A DNA stretch of 64,000 nt from contig JAKURE010000002.1 in NCBI GenBank assembly GCA_022450005.1, positions 892 through 64,891 of the forward strand, read 5' to 3'. The notes beneath the pieces were generated by a model that was given only the letters and a program-made list of their open reading frames with translations, was not told where the DNA came from and did not search any database. The position numbers and the translations under genes were made by a program. Positions 1-9,389 of this stretch are shown here, in pieces. Each line of letters starts with the position of its first letter. Within the stretch, counting starts at the first letter, position 1. This stretch comes from Halobacteriales archaeon. Its GTDB lineage: Archaea; Halobacteriota; Halobacteria; Halobacteriales; Hikarchaeaceae.

Positions 1-3000
1 CGACGATCTCTTGAAATTATTATATCAATTTCTTCGTTAGCAATGGCCTCCATCATGCTCTTCTCATCCTCAAAATACCTTATTTGGAAGAATTCCTCTA
101 AACTTTCAATTAGTTTTTTCCCCCGATCACTTTCTGGACCTGGGAATTCCTCACTATCCAAATCTACTATTGCATTACCCGATATTGGGATTGGTTTCCC
201 TATCGCAACTTGTGCTTTTGCATATGATTTCCCAAACGAATCCGATGTACTCATTATCTCTCCTGTAGATTTCATTTCAGGTCCAAGGCATGGGTCTACC
301 CCTGGCAAACGACTAAATGGTAAAACAACTTCTTTCACACTCACTTGCACTGGAATTTGTTCTTCTACTCCCACTTCTTTCAAAGTTTTACCTGACATGA
401 CTTTCGCGGCAACCTTTGCAATAGGGACTCCCGTTGCCTTTGACACAAATGGAACCGTTCTCGATGCACGTGGATTGGCTTCTAGTACATATATCTCTCC
501 ATTTTTTATGGCGAGTTGTATATTCAACAACCCCACTATCTTCAATGCTTGGGCAATTTTCTCCGTTATTTCTCTCACCCGTCTAAGGGTTCCTTTATCT
601 AGATTTACTGGTGGTATCATACAAGCAGAGTCGCCCGAATGAACTCCTGCTGATTCAACATGCTCCATTATGCCTCCAATAAGTATCTCTGTCCCATCTG
701 ACACAGCGTCTACATCTAGTTCAATAGCATTTGAGAGGAATTGATCAATTAACACGGCGTTATCTGGACTTACCCTGACCGCTTCTTTTAGATATTTTTT
801 CAATTCTGTGTCATTTTCTACTATTTGCATGGCCCTTCCCCCCAGTACATATGAGGGACGCATTAATACTGGATACCCAATCGTGTTGGCAAGTGATAGG
901 GCACCCTCTTCATCAGTCGCCTTTCCACCTACCGGTTGAAGTATATCCAAACTTCCCATAAGGTTGTTAAACCTGTCTCTATCTTCTGCTAAATCTATAG
1001 AATCGACCGAAGTTCCCATTATCTTGCAATCTATTTCCCTCCGCTTAATTTCTCTCTGAAGCGGTCCCGCAATATTCACCGAAGTTTGTCCTCCAAATTG
1101 AAGCATTACCCCTCTAGACCCTGTGGCTTCAATCACGTCCGCAACTTCTTCCGCAGTAATTGGCTCAAAAAATAACCCATCTGATGTATCATAATCTGTG
1201 GAAACGGTCTCTGGATTGTTGTTGACCACGTGAGTTTCTATTCCCTCTTCTCGTAACGATTGAATTGCATGAACGGCACAATAATCAAACTCTACACCCT
1301 GTCCAATTCGAATTGGGCCGCCTCCCACTACCACTATGCTTTCTGCCTCTTGATCCACTCGAAGTTCTCCTGCAGCAGCATCCCCTTCATATGGTCCACT
1401 AAACCATTCTGGTTTCCTAGAAGAATAATAATAAGGTGTAGTCGCCCTAAATTCCCCTGCACACGTGTCAACCTGTTTATATGTTCTGCCTGGGACAACT
1501 TTTTCTATCGAATCAATGTCCCATTTTTTCCCTTGCACTTTATTCCATTCGGATTCTACCGGTAACCACGAACTCTGAACATCTGAATACTCCCCGGTTG
1601 CTATGGCTTGAATTTCATGGTTTGTAAATCCCATTGTTGCCGTTTCTACAATCGAATTTTCCATTTCCAATTTTGCAGAGTTACTAATCCGGGCATACCT
1701 CTCTACATACCACTTATGTATTCCTGTTACTTCTGAAACCTTATCTATGGAATATCCCCTATAGAGTGCTTCAAGCATAGCATATAAACGATCCGGAGTT
1801 GCCTTTTCCAAATACTCTTTTATGAGCTCTTCATCCTCGACAGTATTCCAATCCACAGCAGGCTTGTACTCACTTGACCTCATGGCTTTCATTAATGATT
1901 CCTCAAACGTTCTTCCAATTGCCATGGTTTCCCCTGTCGACTTCATCGCAGTGGTGAGCTCAAATTCCACTTCTGGGAATTTATTCTTGGGCCATCGGGG
2001 TATTTTAGTAACAATGTAATCTATAGCTGGCTCGAAAGCGGCACTAGTTTCCCCGGTAATTTCATTTTTAATTTCATGTAAACATTTTCCCAATGCCACT
2101 TTTGCAGTAACTCTTGCTATCGGATACCCCGTCGCCTTGGAAGCTAATGCAGAAGACCTTGAGACTCTTGGATTGACTTCTACAATACGGTATTGCCCTT
2201 CTTCGGTTCCATTATCCCTCCAAGCAAATTGAATATTACAACCCCCTTGCACTCCCAACTCTCTAATAATCTCCAAAGCAGAATTTCGCATCGCCTGATG
2301 CGCTACATCTGGTATGACTTGAGATGGGGTAACTACGATGGATTCTCCTGTATGTATCCCCATCGGATCAATGTTTTCCATGTTACAAATAATAATACAT
2401 GAATCAGATGCATCACGCATGACTTCATATTCCATTTCAATCCAACCAACCAACGATTCTGTAATCTGAACCTCTGAATTCCGTGATAATTGCAAACCCC
2501 TTTGTACCCATTCGATGAGAGTATCCATATCTTCAATAACTCCTGAACCACTCCCTCCTAGTGTATATGCAGTTCTCAAAATAACTGGAAGTCCCCCTAC
2601 TCCTTCCACTGCATTTTCCACTTCATCTAAAGATCTGATTTTCTCTGATTTAGGAACTGGCTGTCCTATTTTTTCCATTCGTGCACCAAACAAATCCCTA
2701 TCTTCTGTTGCATAGATGGTATCTAGTGGAGTTCCCATAATCTCAACCCCGTATTTTTCTAATACTCCCCTTTCTGCCAATTCAGCTGTTACATTCAACC
2801 CCGTCTGTCCCCCCAATCCCGCAATTACCCCTTCAGGACATTCTTTCTTAATAATTTCCTCAATGATCTCTGCAGTAATAGGTTCGATATAGACTTTATC
2901 TGCCATCTCTGGGTCTGTCATAATTGTTGCTGGATTCGAGTTCACCAGAACAACTCTTATTCCTTCCTCTGCCAAAGCACGACAAGCTTGGGCACCCGAA

Positions 3001-3074
3001 TAATCAAATTCTGCAGCTTGTCCTATTTGGATAGGGCCACTACCTATCAAGAGAACAGTTTTTCCTTTTTTCAT
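1..3074 (-). CDS. carB: carbamoyl-phosphate synthase large subunit (C-terminal end lies outside the window)
   Basis: Absent from the ORF track because it runs off the window start with no stop. My translation of the minus strand from the ATG at 3074..3072 gives MKKGKTVLLIGSGPIQIGQAAEFDYSGAQACRAL..., NPRVSRSSALASKATGYPIA, a second ATP-grasp half VVVGGGPIRIGQGVEFDYCAVHA and NPRASRTVPFVSKATGVPIA. It stays open to position 1 (about 1024 codons). The + strand track ORFs between 43 and 3230 are antisense shadows. Confidence 0.95.
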   Translation of the reverse strand, partial: MKKGKTVLLIGSGPIQIGQAAEFDYSGAQACRALAEEGIRVVLVNSNPATIMTDPEMADKVYIEPITAEIIEEIIKKECPEGVIAGLGGQTGLNVTAELAERGVLEKYGVEIMGTPLDTIYATEDRDLFGARMEKIGQPVPKSEKIRSLDEVENAVEGVGGLPVILRTAYTLGGSGSGVIEDMDTLIEWVQRGLQLSRNSEVQITESLVGWIEMEYEVMRDASDSCIIICNMENIDPMGIHTGESIVVTPSQVIPDVAHQAMRNSALEIIRELGVQGGCNIQFAWRDNGTEEGQYRIVEVNPRVSRSSALASKATGYPIARVTAKVALGKCLHEIKNEITGETSAAFEPAIDYIVTKIPRWPKNKFPEVEFELTTAMKSTGETMAIGRTFEESLMKAMRSSEYKPAVDWNTVEDEELIKEYLEKATPDRLYAMLEALYRGYSIDKVSEVTGIHKWYVERYARISNSAKLEMENSIVETATMGFTNHEIQAIATGEYSDVQSSWLPVESEWNKVQGKKWDIDSIEKVVPGRTYKQVDTCAGEFRATTPYYYSSRKPEWFSGPYEGDAAAGELRVDQEAESIVVVGGGPIRIGQGVEFDYCAVHAIQSLREEGIETHVVNNNPETVSTDYDTSDGLFFEPITAEEVADVIEATGSRGVMLQFGGQTSVNIAGPLQREIKRREIDCKIMGTSVDSIDLAEDRDRFNNLMGSLDILQPVGGKATDEEGALSLANTIGYPVLMRPSYVLGGRAMQIVENDTELKKYLKEAVRVSPDNAVLIDQFLSNAIELDVDAVSDGTEILIGGIMEHVESAGVHSGDSACMIPPVNLDKGTLRRVREITEKIAQALKIVGLLNIQLAIKNGEIYVLEANPRASRTVPFVSKATGVPIAKVAAKVMSGKTLKEVGVEEQIPVQVSVKEVVLPFSRLPGVDPCLGPEMKSTGEIMSTSDSFGKSYAKAQVAIGKPIPISGNAIVDLDSEEFPGPESDRGKKLIESLEEFFQIRYFEDEKSMMEAIANEEIDIIISRDR

Positions 3075-3143
3075 CTTCCCTGTCCGATTTGGTCCATGGT
3101 GCTTAATAAGGTCGACGATATTGAGAGGAGACCTTTATATTCT

Positions 3144-3659
3144 CTAAATGCACTCCTCTGCGTAATCTTCTGGATCCAAATCCCTCTCTGCACGATATTC
3201 TTTCACAAACTCTGTAATATCAAAAAGTGACATATCCTTTTCGAAATTGCCCATAGCATTTTTATCACCCGAATGACTCATAGCATGTTCCATTATCTCC
3301 ACCACTAATTCTACTACTATCTCATGCAGTCTCCAGGAGTTAAAAGTTGAAATCCAGAGTCCAGAATAACCAAGATACCCATCTTGACTAGCATCAAAAA
3401 AAACTACTTCCTCTGAGAAATCTTCCATCACCAACCCCATCAAATGGACCATTCCAAATTCTCCCCATTTTTCTGAATCTGCAACTTCTATTATTTCTTC
3501 AAGTGAATCTACTAAAAATTCAGGCAAAAATCGAGTTAATGGATTGACATCTGTCACTACGGCATGCATCTCTCCACATTCGCACTTCAATTCTCTCATT
3601 CCCAAATCAATCCTATGCGAGTCAACCGAGACGCCACAAGGAAGCAAGACTGCATTCAT
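3144..3659 (-). CDS. conserved hypothetical acidic protein with an N-terminal Cys cluster (resembles haloarchaeal DUF5815-type proteins from memory)
   Basis: 171-aa ORF. It has LPCG...KCECGEMHAV followed by an acidic helical region (LHEIVVELVVEIMEHAMSH). It lies in tight same-strand spacing between carB and the next ORF. The family assignment is recollection only. Confidence 0.6.
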   Translation of the reverse strand: MNAVLLPCGVSVDSHRIDLGMRELKCECGEMHAVVTDVNPLTRFLPEFLVDSLEEIIEVADSEKWGEFGMVHLMGLVMEDFSEEVVFFDASQDGYLGYSGLWISTFNSWRLHEIVVELVVEIMEHAMSHSGDKNAMGNFEKDMSLFDITEFVKEYRAERDLDPEDYAEECI

Positions 3660-3671
3660 ATGTGTGTCCCT

Positions 3672-4088
3672 TCAAGGCCAATTTTCACGTTTATCTTCTC
3701 CAATTTCAATCGTTTCGTGTTCTATATTTTCTCCAAGTTCCCATCCTGCCTTTTCGGCGGCATCTGAAATGTGTAGGTATTCCCACCCCGTCTCGTTTGC
3801 CATTTCTATATCTTCCTCTCCTGTTCCTATCAATACGTGACGATCTGTATCAAAATGATATTTAACACTTTTTAAACTTTCAAATTTCCCTTTGGGCCCT
3901 GAAAAAAAATCCTGCCTGATTCTTTTTTTTCGTGTGTAGTTAGTTACAACATATGTCGGTTCATCTGTGATGACTCCTACATATTTACTCCAAGCACGAG
4001 CACTTTCAAACACCTCTTTAGGGGCTGTTAATTCCTTTAAAGCGGATAGTTCGAATGCAAGGGTCATCGTACCTTGGGAATTACTCAT
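3672..4088 (-). CDS. conserved hypothetical protein
   Basis: 138-aa ORF, 12 nt upstream of the previous gene on the same strand, with coding-like acidic composition (DRHVLIGTGEEDIEMANETGWEYLHISDAAEKAGWEL). I recognise no catalytic motif. Confidence 0.55.
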   Translation of the reverse strand: MSNSQGTMTLAFELSALKELTAPKEVFESARAWSKYVGVITDEPTYVVTNYTRKKRIRQDFFSGPKGKFESLKSVKYHFDTDRHVLIGTGEEDIEMANETGWEYLHISDAAEKAGWELGENIEHETIEIGEDKRENWP

Positions 4089-4137
4089 ATTTGCACTTTG
4101 AACAATTCAAATTGAAAACACCTTCGATATAGTTCGA

Positions 4138-5373
4138 CTATGCTTTTTTCACAACTATCTTCTCCAAATCAATTTTTTTGTCTAATATGGACATTTCTTG
4201 ATCAACCTGTTCTACCCTTTCTATTATTATTTTTTTGTATCTACTTTGTGAAGACACATCCCCAATCAAAACCCCTCCAATCAATCTCCCTTGTTTAAAT
4301 GCCAACCGACGCCATTCATTTTCATTGTATTTTTTTTCAAGAAATTTTTCCCCTTCTGTAGGATGCCCAAATGAAATAATTGGATACTCAAAGTGCGTTA
4401 TGGAATATGATGGAACCCACTCAAATTTCTTGTAATCCTTTCCATTGACCATATTTTCTCCCGCAATCATCCCCTGCTTTTTGGCACTTCCCCACGACCC
4501 GTTTTGTAGCTCCTCTCCCATTATAACATCGTGATATCTTGCAATATCTCCTGCAGCATATATCCCCTCGACACCTGTAAACATATGTTCGTCTACAACT
4601 ATCCCATTTCTGTATTCTATACCTGTATTCTGTATTAATTCTATATTATAGTCTAAACCAACTGCCACTCCTACAAAATCTGCTTCATGTCGTTCCCCAT
4701 CCGTTGTGACTACTGCCTGGACTTTTCCTCTTCTTTCCTCAAAACATTCGATTTCTTTATTAAACACTGGAAGTACATTTCTTTCCCTCAGCGATTTATG
4801 AATTATCTCACCCCCTACCTTTGAAAGTGCATTTCTCCACCATCCATCTCCTCTCATAATATATTTACTTTCGACCCCATGTGCCCCGCAAATGGCGGCC
4901 AAATCAATTCCCAATAACCCTGCTCCTATGACCACTCCAAAATTCGCGGTTTCAGCATGATTTCTAATCCCAATCGTGTCTTTCATGGTCCAAAAATGAT
5001 GTATACCTTCTGCACCACTATTTGGAACGTTTAACTCCCGGGGAGTTCCCCCCGTCGCAACTAATAATTGATCATATTTCTGGTGGATACCCTTATCCAA
5101 TTCTATAATTTTATTTTCTGAATCAACCCTGGTCACTTGGGTGTTTAATCTAATATCAATATCCCGATTTAGGTACCACTCCTCATCTCGAATATCAACT
5201 GAATTTTGATTCAATTTACCCTTTGCAAATTCTTTTAGTAATATCCTATTGTACAATGCTTTTCCTTCTTCTGTAAACACGATTACTTCTGATTTAGGAT
5301 CTCTTTCTTTAATGACACTAGCAGCTGCGTCACCAGCCACGCCATTTCCCACAATGCAATATACTTTTACCAT
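4138..5373 (-). CDS. FAD-dependent pyridine nucleotide-disulfide oxidoreductase (NADH oxidase / ferredoxin-reductase-like)
   Basis: N-terminal FAD dinucleotide fold IVGNGVAGDAAA, second Rossmann fold VVIGAGLLGIDLA, and a late AAGD motif (IYAAGDIARY). 411 aa. Confidence 0.85.
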   Translation of the reverse strand: MVKVYCIVGNGVAGDAAASVIKERDPKSEVIVFTEEGKALYNRILLKEFAKGKLNQNSVDIRDEEWYLNRDIDIRLNTQVTRVDSENKIIELDKGIHQKYDQLLVATGGTPRELNVPNSGAEGIHHFWTMKDTIGIRNHAETANFGVVIGAGLLGIDLAAICGAHGVESKYIMRGDGWWRNALSKVGGEIIHKSLRERNVLPVFNKEIECFEERRGKVQAVVTTDGERHEADFVGVAVGLDYNIELIQNTGIEYRNGIVVDEHMFTGVEGIYAAGDIARYHDVIMGEELQNGSWGSAKKQGMIAGENMVNGKDYKKFEWVPSYSITHFEYPIISFGHPTEGEKFLEKKYNENEWRRLAFKQGRLIGGVLIGDVSSQSRYKKIIIERVEQVDQEMSILDKKIDLEKIVVKKA

Positions 5374-5377
5374 TTTT

Positions 5378-6703
5378 CTATATATTATTTGTCTCCCGTT
5401 CTACTATCAGGGATGCGCATGCGTACCCTGCCTCTATTGCCCCATTTAAACTCCTCTCTGGATATTGGGCTCTACTAGCCATACCCGCATAGTATATCCC
5501 CTCCCCTACTTCTTCAGAAATATCATACGGGACAATTTTATCCACATACCCCATCTCATATATTGGAGCAGTTAGTGGATTCCTCGAAACTTTAAACCAG
5601 TTAATTTTTTGTCTATCAAAACCCGGAATCAGTTCTTCAATCCCCTTTATCCAATATTCTTCAATTTCCTTGTCTGTCATTTTCCATATTGATTCTTCAA
5701 AGTCTTGAATGTAGCTCACCATATAAGTCAAATGTTCCCCTCCATACCTTTTCGGATGTATAAAGTTTGTATGCTCAATAATCGCCCCAAAGCGAGATTC
5801 ATCTGATATATTTAACCAATAGGTTTCAGTTATTTTTTCGGAATAACTCATGAGTGCACACACGGCACCTTGAAATTGAATTGGACATTCATACCCTGTA
5901 AGATTCTCTAGAACGCTAGGCATTGTGGCCACAATCACCGCATCAACGTTTTCTCTCACCTTCCCATTCTTGGTATCAATTACCATTGACTCTACCCTCC
6001 CATTTTCAACAATTATCTCCTCCACAAATGCTCCTGTAATTATGTTTTTCTGTCCAATTTCTCCAATGAGCGTGTCAATAAGTTCGACAAATCCCCCGTT
6101 TATGTATCCTAAAACTTCTCCTTTTAGAAAATCCCTTTGACCTCTAAATTTTATTCGACCCAATAACCATGCAGCACTAACTCGATGTTTATGCCCACCA
6201 AATTTTGCCTCTAGTAGCGGTGTGACAAACTTATCAAATATATTGTTTGTCGTATGTTCTCGAACAAAATCTTCCACTGGTGTATGTTCAAAATCTTCCA
6301 AATTCCGATAAGCACCAATTTTAGGAAAAATTCCCCTCGCATCTACCCCTAGCGTAAGAAGTGTCAAACGCATTTTATCATATATAGTCAAATGCGGATA
6401 TCTCAATATTTCCCACGGCGTGTCCAACGGAAATATTTCCCCATCAATATAATATGCATTTTTTCCAATTTTCCACTCAACTTTGTCCCCTATTCCCAAT
6501 TCCTCTGCCAACTCCACTATCGTTTCTTCCGATTTCGATAGATGGTGATAAAATTTCTCAATCGAATCTCCCTTTGTATCGTAAGAAACAGCCAACCCAC
6601 CTAGTTCTTCCTCCCCCTCAAATATCCTCACTTGATATCCTTTTTTCTGTAGATAATAAGCAGCGGAAAGACCAGCAAGACCACCTCCTATGATTCCAAT
6701 CAT
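5378..6703 (-). CDS. NAD(P)/FAD-dependent oxidoreductase (amine oxidase / phytoene desaturase / protoporphyrinogen oxidase superfamily)
   Basis: MIGIIGGGLAGLSAAYYLQKKGYQVRIFEGEEELGGL is a classic GxGxxG-E-x-GG FAD fold. 441 aa. It ends 4 nt before the next oxidoreductase gene. The specific substrate cannot be told from sequence alone. Confidence 0.8.
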   Translation of the reverse strand: MIGIIGGGLAGLSAAYYLQKKGYQVRIFEGEEELGGLAVSYDTKGDSIEKFYHHLSKSEETIVELAEELGIGDKVEWKIGKNAYYIDGEIFPLDTPWEILRYPHLTIYDKMRLTLLTLGVDARGIFPKIGAYRNLEDFEHTPVEDFVREHTTNNIFDKFVTPLLEAKFGGHKHRVSAAWLLGRIKFRGQRDFLKGEVLGYINGGFVELIDTLIGEIGQKNIITGAFVEEIIVENGRVESMVIDTKNGKVRENVDAVIVATMPSVLENLTGYECPIQFQGAVCALMSYSEKITETYWLNISDESRFGAIIEHTNFIHPKRYGGEHLTYMVSYIQDFEESIWKMTDKEIEEYWIKGIEELIPGFDRQKINWFKVSRNPLTAPIYEMGYVDKIVPYDISEEVGEGIYYAGMASRAQYPERSLNGAIEAGYACASLIVERETNNI

Positions 6704-6793
6704 TGTTCCTACTTAGTTCTACACCGGAAAGAACTTTTTTGAATCACATTGATACAGCGGTAGGTTTTCATTCCCCTAAGAAAAATAGCTTCT

Positions 6794-7675
6794 ATGGTTA
6801 CCGTCCGAGCCCCTGCTACTGTGGCAAACCTTGGCAGTGGTTTCGACGTTTTTGGCATTGCACTTAGTCACCCTGCTGATATAATTCATGTTGAACCTGC
6901 AGAAGAAACCACGATAACTGTTACTGGCGCTGGAAGTCAATATATTCCTGTTAACCCAAAAAAGAATACTGCAGGGGTAGTGGCAGAGGCCCTAGATGCC
7001 CCTGCTACGATCACAATTGATAAAGGAATTCGACCGGCTTCTGGACTTGGATCTTCTGCAGCTAGTGCAGCCGGAGCGGCAGTTGCCCTGAACGCTTTAT
7101 ATGATAAAGAACTTTCAAAAGAAGAGCTTGTTTGGATAGCCGCCAAAGGGGAAGAAGCCGCATCTGGAGAGGCACATGCAGATAATGTTGCCCCTTCAAT
7201 CCTTGGCGGGTTCACAATTGTTAGCCAAGATAGAATTACTAACATAGATGCCCACCTCGAAGTTGTCGTGTGTCTCCCTGAAATTACCATATCTACTCGA
7301 AATGCTCGAGAAGTTTTGCCTAAATCACTCGATCTAGATTCTCATGTCCACACTGTTGGAAGTGCCGCAACATTAACCGCGGGAATGTTAAAAAGTAACC
7401 CCGAACTAGTGGGTCATGGGTTGGCAGATTCTGTCGTAACCCCCGCTAGGACTCAGCTCATAAAGGGATATGAATCAGTCCAAGCCGCAGCTATAGAATC
7501 TGGGGCAGTTGGGGTGACAGTTAGTGGATCTGGCCCCACTATTCTTGCGATCCCAAAAAAAGGAAAAAGCCGCTCTGTGGCTTCAGCTATGGTGGATGCA
7601 TTTTTCTCTCAGGGAATTCAATCTACTGCCTATCAAACTAGAATCGGCGGTGGAGTCGAATTATACTTAGATTAA
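6794..7675 (+). CDS. thrB: homoserine kinase (GHMP kinase)
   Basis: VRAPATVANLGSGFDVFG N-terminal motif and the GHMP ATP loop RPASGLGSSAASAAGA. 293 aa. Confidence 0.85.
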   Translation: MVTVRAPATVANLGSGFDVFGIALSHPADIIHVEPAEETTITVTGAGSQYIPVNPKKNTAGVVAEALDAPATITIDKGIRPASGLGSSAASAAGAAVALNALYDKELSKEELVWIAAKGEEAASGEAHADNVAPSILGGFTIVSQDRITNIDAHLEVVVCLPEITISTRNAREVLPKSLDLDSHVHTVGSAATLTAGMLKSNPELVGHGLADSVVTPARTQLIKGYESVQAAAIESGAVGVTVSGSGPTILAIPKKGKSRSVASAMVDAFFSQGIQSTAYQTRIGGGVELYLD

Positions 7676-7686
7676 AAAGAAGTTAC

Positions 7687-8619
7687 TCAAATACCTCTTC
7701 CCTGCAATTTTTTATCTTCTGGCATGTCTATGTTTGCCTCTCCCTTCATACCTTTCCCTATTCCTGTTGAGATTTGTGCCAATTTTTCTTTGTTGTCCCA
7801 GTTATTTACGGCTTCAACAATAGCATTCGCCATTTTCACTGGATCCTCCGCTCCAAATATGCCCGAACCCACAAATATTCCATCACACCCATGGTGCATC
7901 ATCAACGCAGCATCTGCAGGAGTTGCAATACCTCCTGCTGCAAAATTTACCACTGGCAATCGGCCCATTTTTGCTGTTTCTTCAACCAATTCTGTCGGTG
8001 CTCCTATTTTACGAGCATATGCTTCACATTCTTCGTACGACGCATTCCCCAATTTACCAATTTTACTTGTAATGGCACGTTGATGTTTCACGGCTTGATT
8101 AACATCCCCTGTCCCCGCTTCACCCTTTGTTCTTATCATCGCAGCCCCTTCATTTACCCTACGCAACGCCTCACCAAGATCTCTAGCGCCACACACAAAT
8201 GGTGTAGTGAAATCCCGTTTATCAATATGGTATTCACTATCTGCAGGGGTAAGTACCTCTGACTCATCAATCATATCGACCCCAATTGACTCCAAAATTT
8301 GAGCCTCTGTAGTGTGGCCTATTCTAGCTTTCCCCATCACTGGTATTGAAACTTCTTCTATTATTGCTTTAACTATCTCAGGATCTGCCATTCGCGCAAC
8401 ACCTCCTTCTTTTCGAATATCCGATGGAACCGCTTCCAATGCCATAACTGCCACCGCACCCGCATCTTCTGCTATCCTAGCCTGCTCCGGCTTCACGACA
8501 TCCATTATAACTCCTCCCTTCTGCATACTAGCAAAACCACGTTTTACAAGTTCCGTTCCCTTTCTTAACTTCTCAAACTCAATAGGTACTCCCATGAACC
8601 ACCTTTGACGGCAATGCAA
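7687..8619 (-). CDS. pdxS: pyridoxal 5'-phosphate synthase lyase subunit PdxS
   Basis: [45 protein letters not shown] and [20 protein letters not shown] are typical PdxS/SNZ motifs. The likely true start is the ATG at 8595 (MGVPIEF...); the track ORF is extended upstream. Confidence 0.93.
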   Translation of the reverse strand: MHCRQRWFMGVPIEFEKLRKGTELVKRGFASMQKGGVIMDVVKPEQARIAEDAGAVAVMALEAVPSDIRKEGGVARMADPEIVKAIIEEVSIPVMGKARIGHTTEAQILESIGVDMIDESEVLTPADSEYHIDKRDFTTPFVCGARDLGEALRRVNEGAAMIRTKGEAGTGDVNQAVKHQRAITSKIGKLGNASYEECEAYARKIGAPTELVEETAKMGRLPVVNFAAGGIATPADAALMMHHGCDGIFVGSGIFGAEDPVKMANAIVEAVNNWDNKEKLAQISTGIGKGMKGEANIDMPEDKKLQGRGI

Positions 8620-8723
8620 TTATACCCACTGATATCGGCAATTTTGTAACCCAAATATATTTAGTACTCTCACTCCTCCATAATTCTCGTTGAAAGAACC
8701 TCAATGCAATAGAAATATACTCC

Positions 8724-9389
8724 ATGAATCACTCTCCATCCCTTAACCCGAACATTTGGTCTCCAATCCCTGCACCCCTAGAACGAATAGCATTTCAGCT
8801 CGCTTGGCCCATCATATTCATAAATTTACTTGGAACGGCATTTGGTTTCTGGTATTACCTCCCTCAACTTTCAACCGAACCCCTTTTGATGTGACCATTC
8901 GTCCCAGATAGCCCTATAGCAACTCTTTTTTTCGCTCTTAGTTTGGGACTTTGGAAATTGGGTAAAAATTCAATTTGGGTTTCATCTATAGCCTTTATAG
9001 GATGCATCAAACTTGGTCTATGGACGCCCTATGTTTTACTCATATTTTATTCTGATTTCTCATACCTTCATCCCTTAATGTACCATTTTCTTTTTTGGAG
9101 CCACCTTGCCATGGCTTTGCAAGCATTCTTAATTTTTAGATACACTACCTTTTCATTCATACCTATACTGGTGGGTGTTTCTTGGCATGCTTTTAACGAC
9201 CTAGTTGATTATTTTATCCCTTTACTTGGTTCTCCCCACCACACCTGGCTTCCCTCTGAAATGGTTGGAGGGGTCATAGATCACACTGGATCTGCACACC
9301 TCATGGCTGCAGCAGGAGCCGTATTATTAACCTGTATCTCTGTTGCTTTTCTGCTCATTTCAATATACTCCCCCTCTCAAAAATTATAA
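8724..9389 (+). pseudogene. DUF1405-family multi-pass membrane protein interrupted by one in-frame TGA (8892..8894)
   Basis: The track lists only 8943..9389, with a TTG start. The same frame is open from the ATG at 8724: MNHSPSLNPNIWSPIPAPLERIAFQLAWPIIFINLLGTAFGFWYYLPQLSTEPLLM-TGA-PFVPDSPIATLFFALSLGLWKL... Continuous hydrophobic helices run across the stop. Confidence 0.6.

Noticed and set aside
43-3230. Six + strand track ORFs: 43..642, 1260..1565, 1822..2019, 2193..2402, 2515..2715 and 2988..3230.
   Set aside because: All lie antisense to an uninterrupted, unmistakable carB reading frame on the minus strand. Their translations are low-complexity (S/P/F/I-rich) with no recognisable motifs, so they are shadow ORFs.
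7724-8608. + strand ORFs 7724..8083, 7774..8262 and 8312..8608.
   Set aside because: They are antisense to pdxS, whose motifs are unambiguous. Their composition is typical of reverse-frame artefacts.
8892-8894. Genome-wide reassignment of TGA to Trp, or selenocysteine, as an explanation for the DUF1405 stop.
   Set aside because: TGA functions as a normal terminator for smc (ATGA overlap with scpA), ppsA, aroA' and the methyltransferase gene. All other long genes are intact under the standard code. The position calls for Trp rather than Cys or Sec, and I see no SECIS-like hairpin. Only a local event remains plausible.
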